From an uncultured Chloroflexia bacterium (lineage in GTDB: Bacteria > Chloroflexota > Anaerolineae > CG2-30-64-16), in the NCBI GenBank assembly GCA_963810095.1, contig CAWEMM010000011.1, forward strand, positions 96,001 through 160,000: DNA of 64,000 nucleotides, read 5' to 3'. This document shows, piece by piece, positions 63,173-64,000 of this stretch (position 1 is the first letter of the stretch; the number at the start of each line of letters is the position of its first letter). The position numbers and the translations under genes were made by a program. The notes under the pieces are model-generated. The model ran no database searches, had not been told where the DNA came from, and worked only from the letters and a program-made list of their open reading frames with translations.

Positions 63173-64000
63173 ATGTCGACTCGAACCTGCATCATCAACT
63201 GCTTCGCCGCCAAGCCCGATCCTGAGCCGCGCCCCCCACTCCTCCTCGATCTGACCCTGTGGCACAAGTGGCATCGCGAGCGCGGCACCTTGCCCCGCGG
63301 CTGGGACACCGTGATCGACGCGGCAAAGGCCTTGGGCACGCCCGTGTGGGCGCCGTTCAAGCCTTGGCGCACCGAGTACGACTGCTTGTTTGGCACAGAG
63401 GAAACTGCTGAGGCGCGCACAGTCGTGTACCGTGCCGGCGGCCGCACGTTGGTGGCCCGCTGGACGCGGGGACCCGACGGAGACTGGTGGCAGACGGAGT
63501 ACCCGGTGAAGTCGCCGGAAGACCTGGAGACGGCCGTCCTGATTGCTGCCGCGCGCCGTTATGTCCTTGACCCGGCGGGGCTGGCCGAGTGGCGGGCAGC
63601 CGTGGGCGAAGCGGGCGTCGTCCCGCTGGAACTCCCGATGCAACCGTACTCCGACGTGCTGCACACGCTCGTCGGCTGGGGCGACGGCCTCGCGCTCATG
63701 CTGGGCGAGGGCAAGCCGCTGGTGGGCGAGATCGTTGCCAGCCTGCAGGCCGCGCTCCTGCAGTTGGCAGGCGACCTGGGCGGACTGGACGCCGACCTAT
63801 TCCTCGCGCCCGACAACCTGGACGGCCAGTACATCTCGCCCCGCTCGTTCAAGGAGTACCTCGGTCCCGGCTACGCCGCGACGGCGAGTGTGGGCCAGCG
63901 CTGCAACACCGCGACCGTGGTGCACGTGGGCGGGCCGGCCCGCAAGCTCGTCCCGCTGCTTGCGCAGAGCGGCGTCGCCGGCATCGAAGGGCTCGCCGGG
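63173..64000 (+). CDS. Uroporphyrinogen decarboxylase / MtaA-CmuA methyltransferase family protein (3'-truncated; absent from the ORF track)
   Basis: Open frame from ATG 63173 to the window end: MSTRTC..TEYPVKSPEDL..PDNLDGQYISPRSFKEYLGPGY..VVHVGG..SGVAGIEGL. Confidence 0.75.
   Translation, partial: MSTRTCIINCFAAKPDPEPRPPLLLDLTLWHKWHRERGTLPRGWDTVIDAAKALGTPVWAPFKPWRTEYDCLFGTEETAEARTVVYRAGGRTLVARWTRGPDGDWWQTEYPVKSPEDLETAVLIAAARRYVLDPAGLAEWRAAVGEAGVVPLELPMQPYSDVLHTLVGWGDGLALMLGEGKPLVGEIVASLQAALLQLAGDLGGLDADLFLAPDNLDGQYISPRSFKEYLGPGYAATASVGQRCNTATVVHVGGPARKLVPLLAQSGVAGIEGLAG

Overview
High-GC (about 69-70% by eye) bacterial DNA, probably Chloroflexota (Anaerolineae/Caldilineae-like). That assignment is inferred only from the 'YLPL(I/V)xR' and 'SNRVGxFxF' tails and Pro/Thr linkers of the secreted proteins. 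Positions 1-48.7 kb (+) hold the 3' part of a very large NRPS gene cluster: five synthetase genes, the last four translationally coupled, with 12 visible modules, two epimerase domains and a terminal thioesterase. A CurM-type sulfotransferase domain is embedded between PCP1 and the next C domain. Downstream are a stand-alone sulfotransferase, MFS exporter, type II thioesterase, MbtH, Sfp-type PPTase and a pentapeptide-repeat gene. Manual A-domain codes suggest ...Val/Ile-[ST]-D-Gln/Glu-Tyr?-Phe-Leu?-D-X-X-Phe-Orn-Asn-Tyr?-Tyr?. Three A domains are near-identical DNA copies with an extreme C-ending codon bias. Positions 48.9-62.8 kb (-) form a probable six-gene operon: MacB-type ABC ATPase, permease, a lipoprotein membrane-fusion adaptor and three secreted/surface proteins. 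A divergent URO-D/MtaA-family gene runs off the right end. Many 1-bp indels (densest at 34.6-42.5 kb and 49.2-50.1 kb) look like long-read errors rather than pseudogenisation. No rRNA, tRNA, CRISPR array or transposase was recognised. All domain calls are by eye, without database searches.
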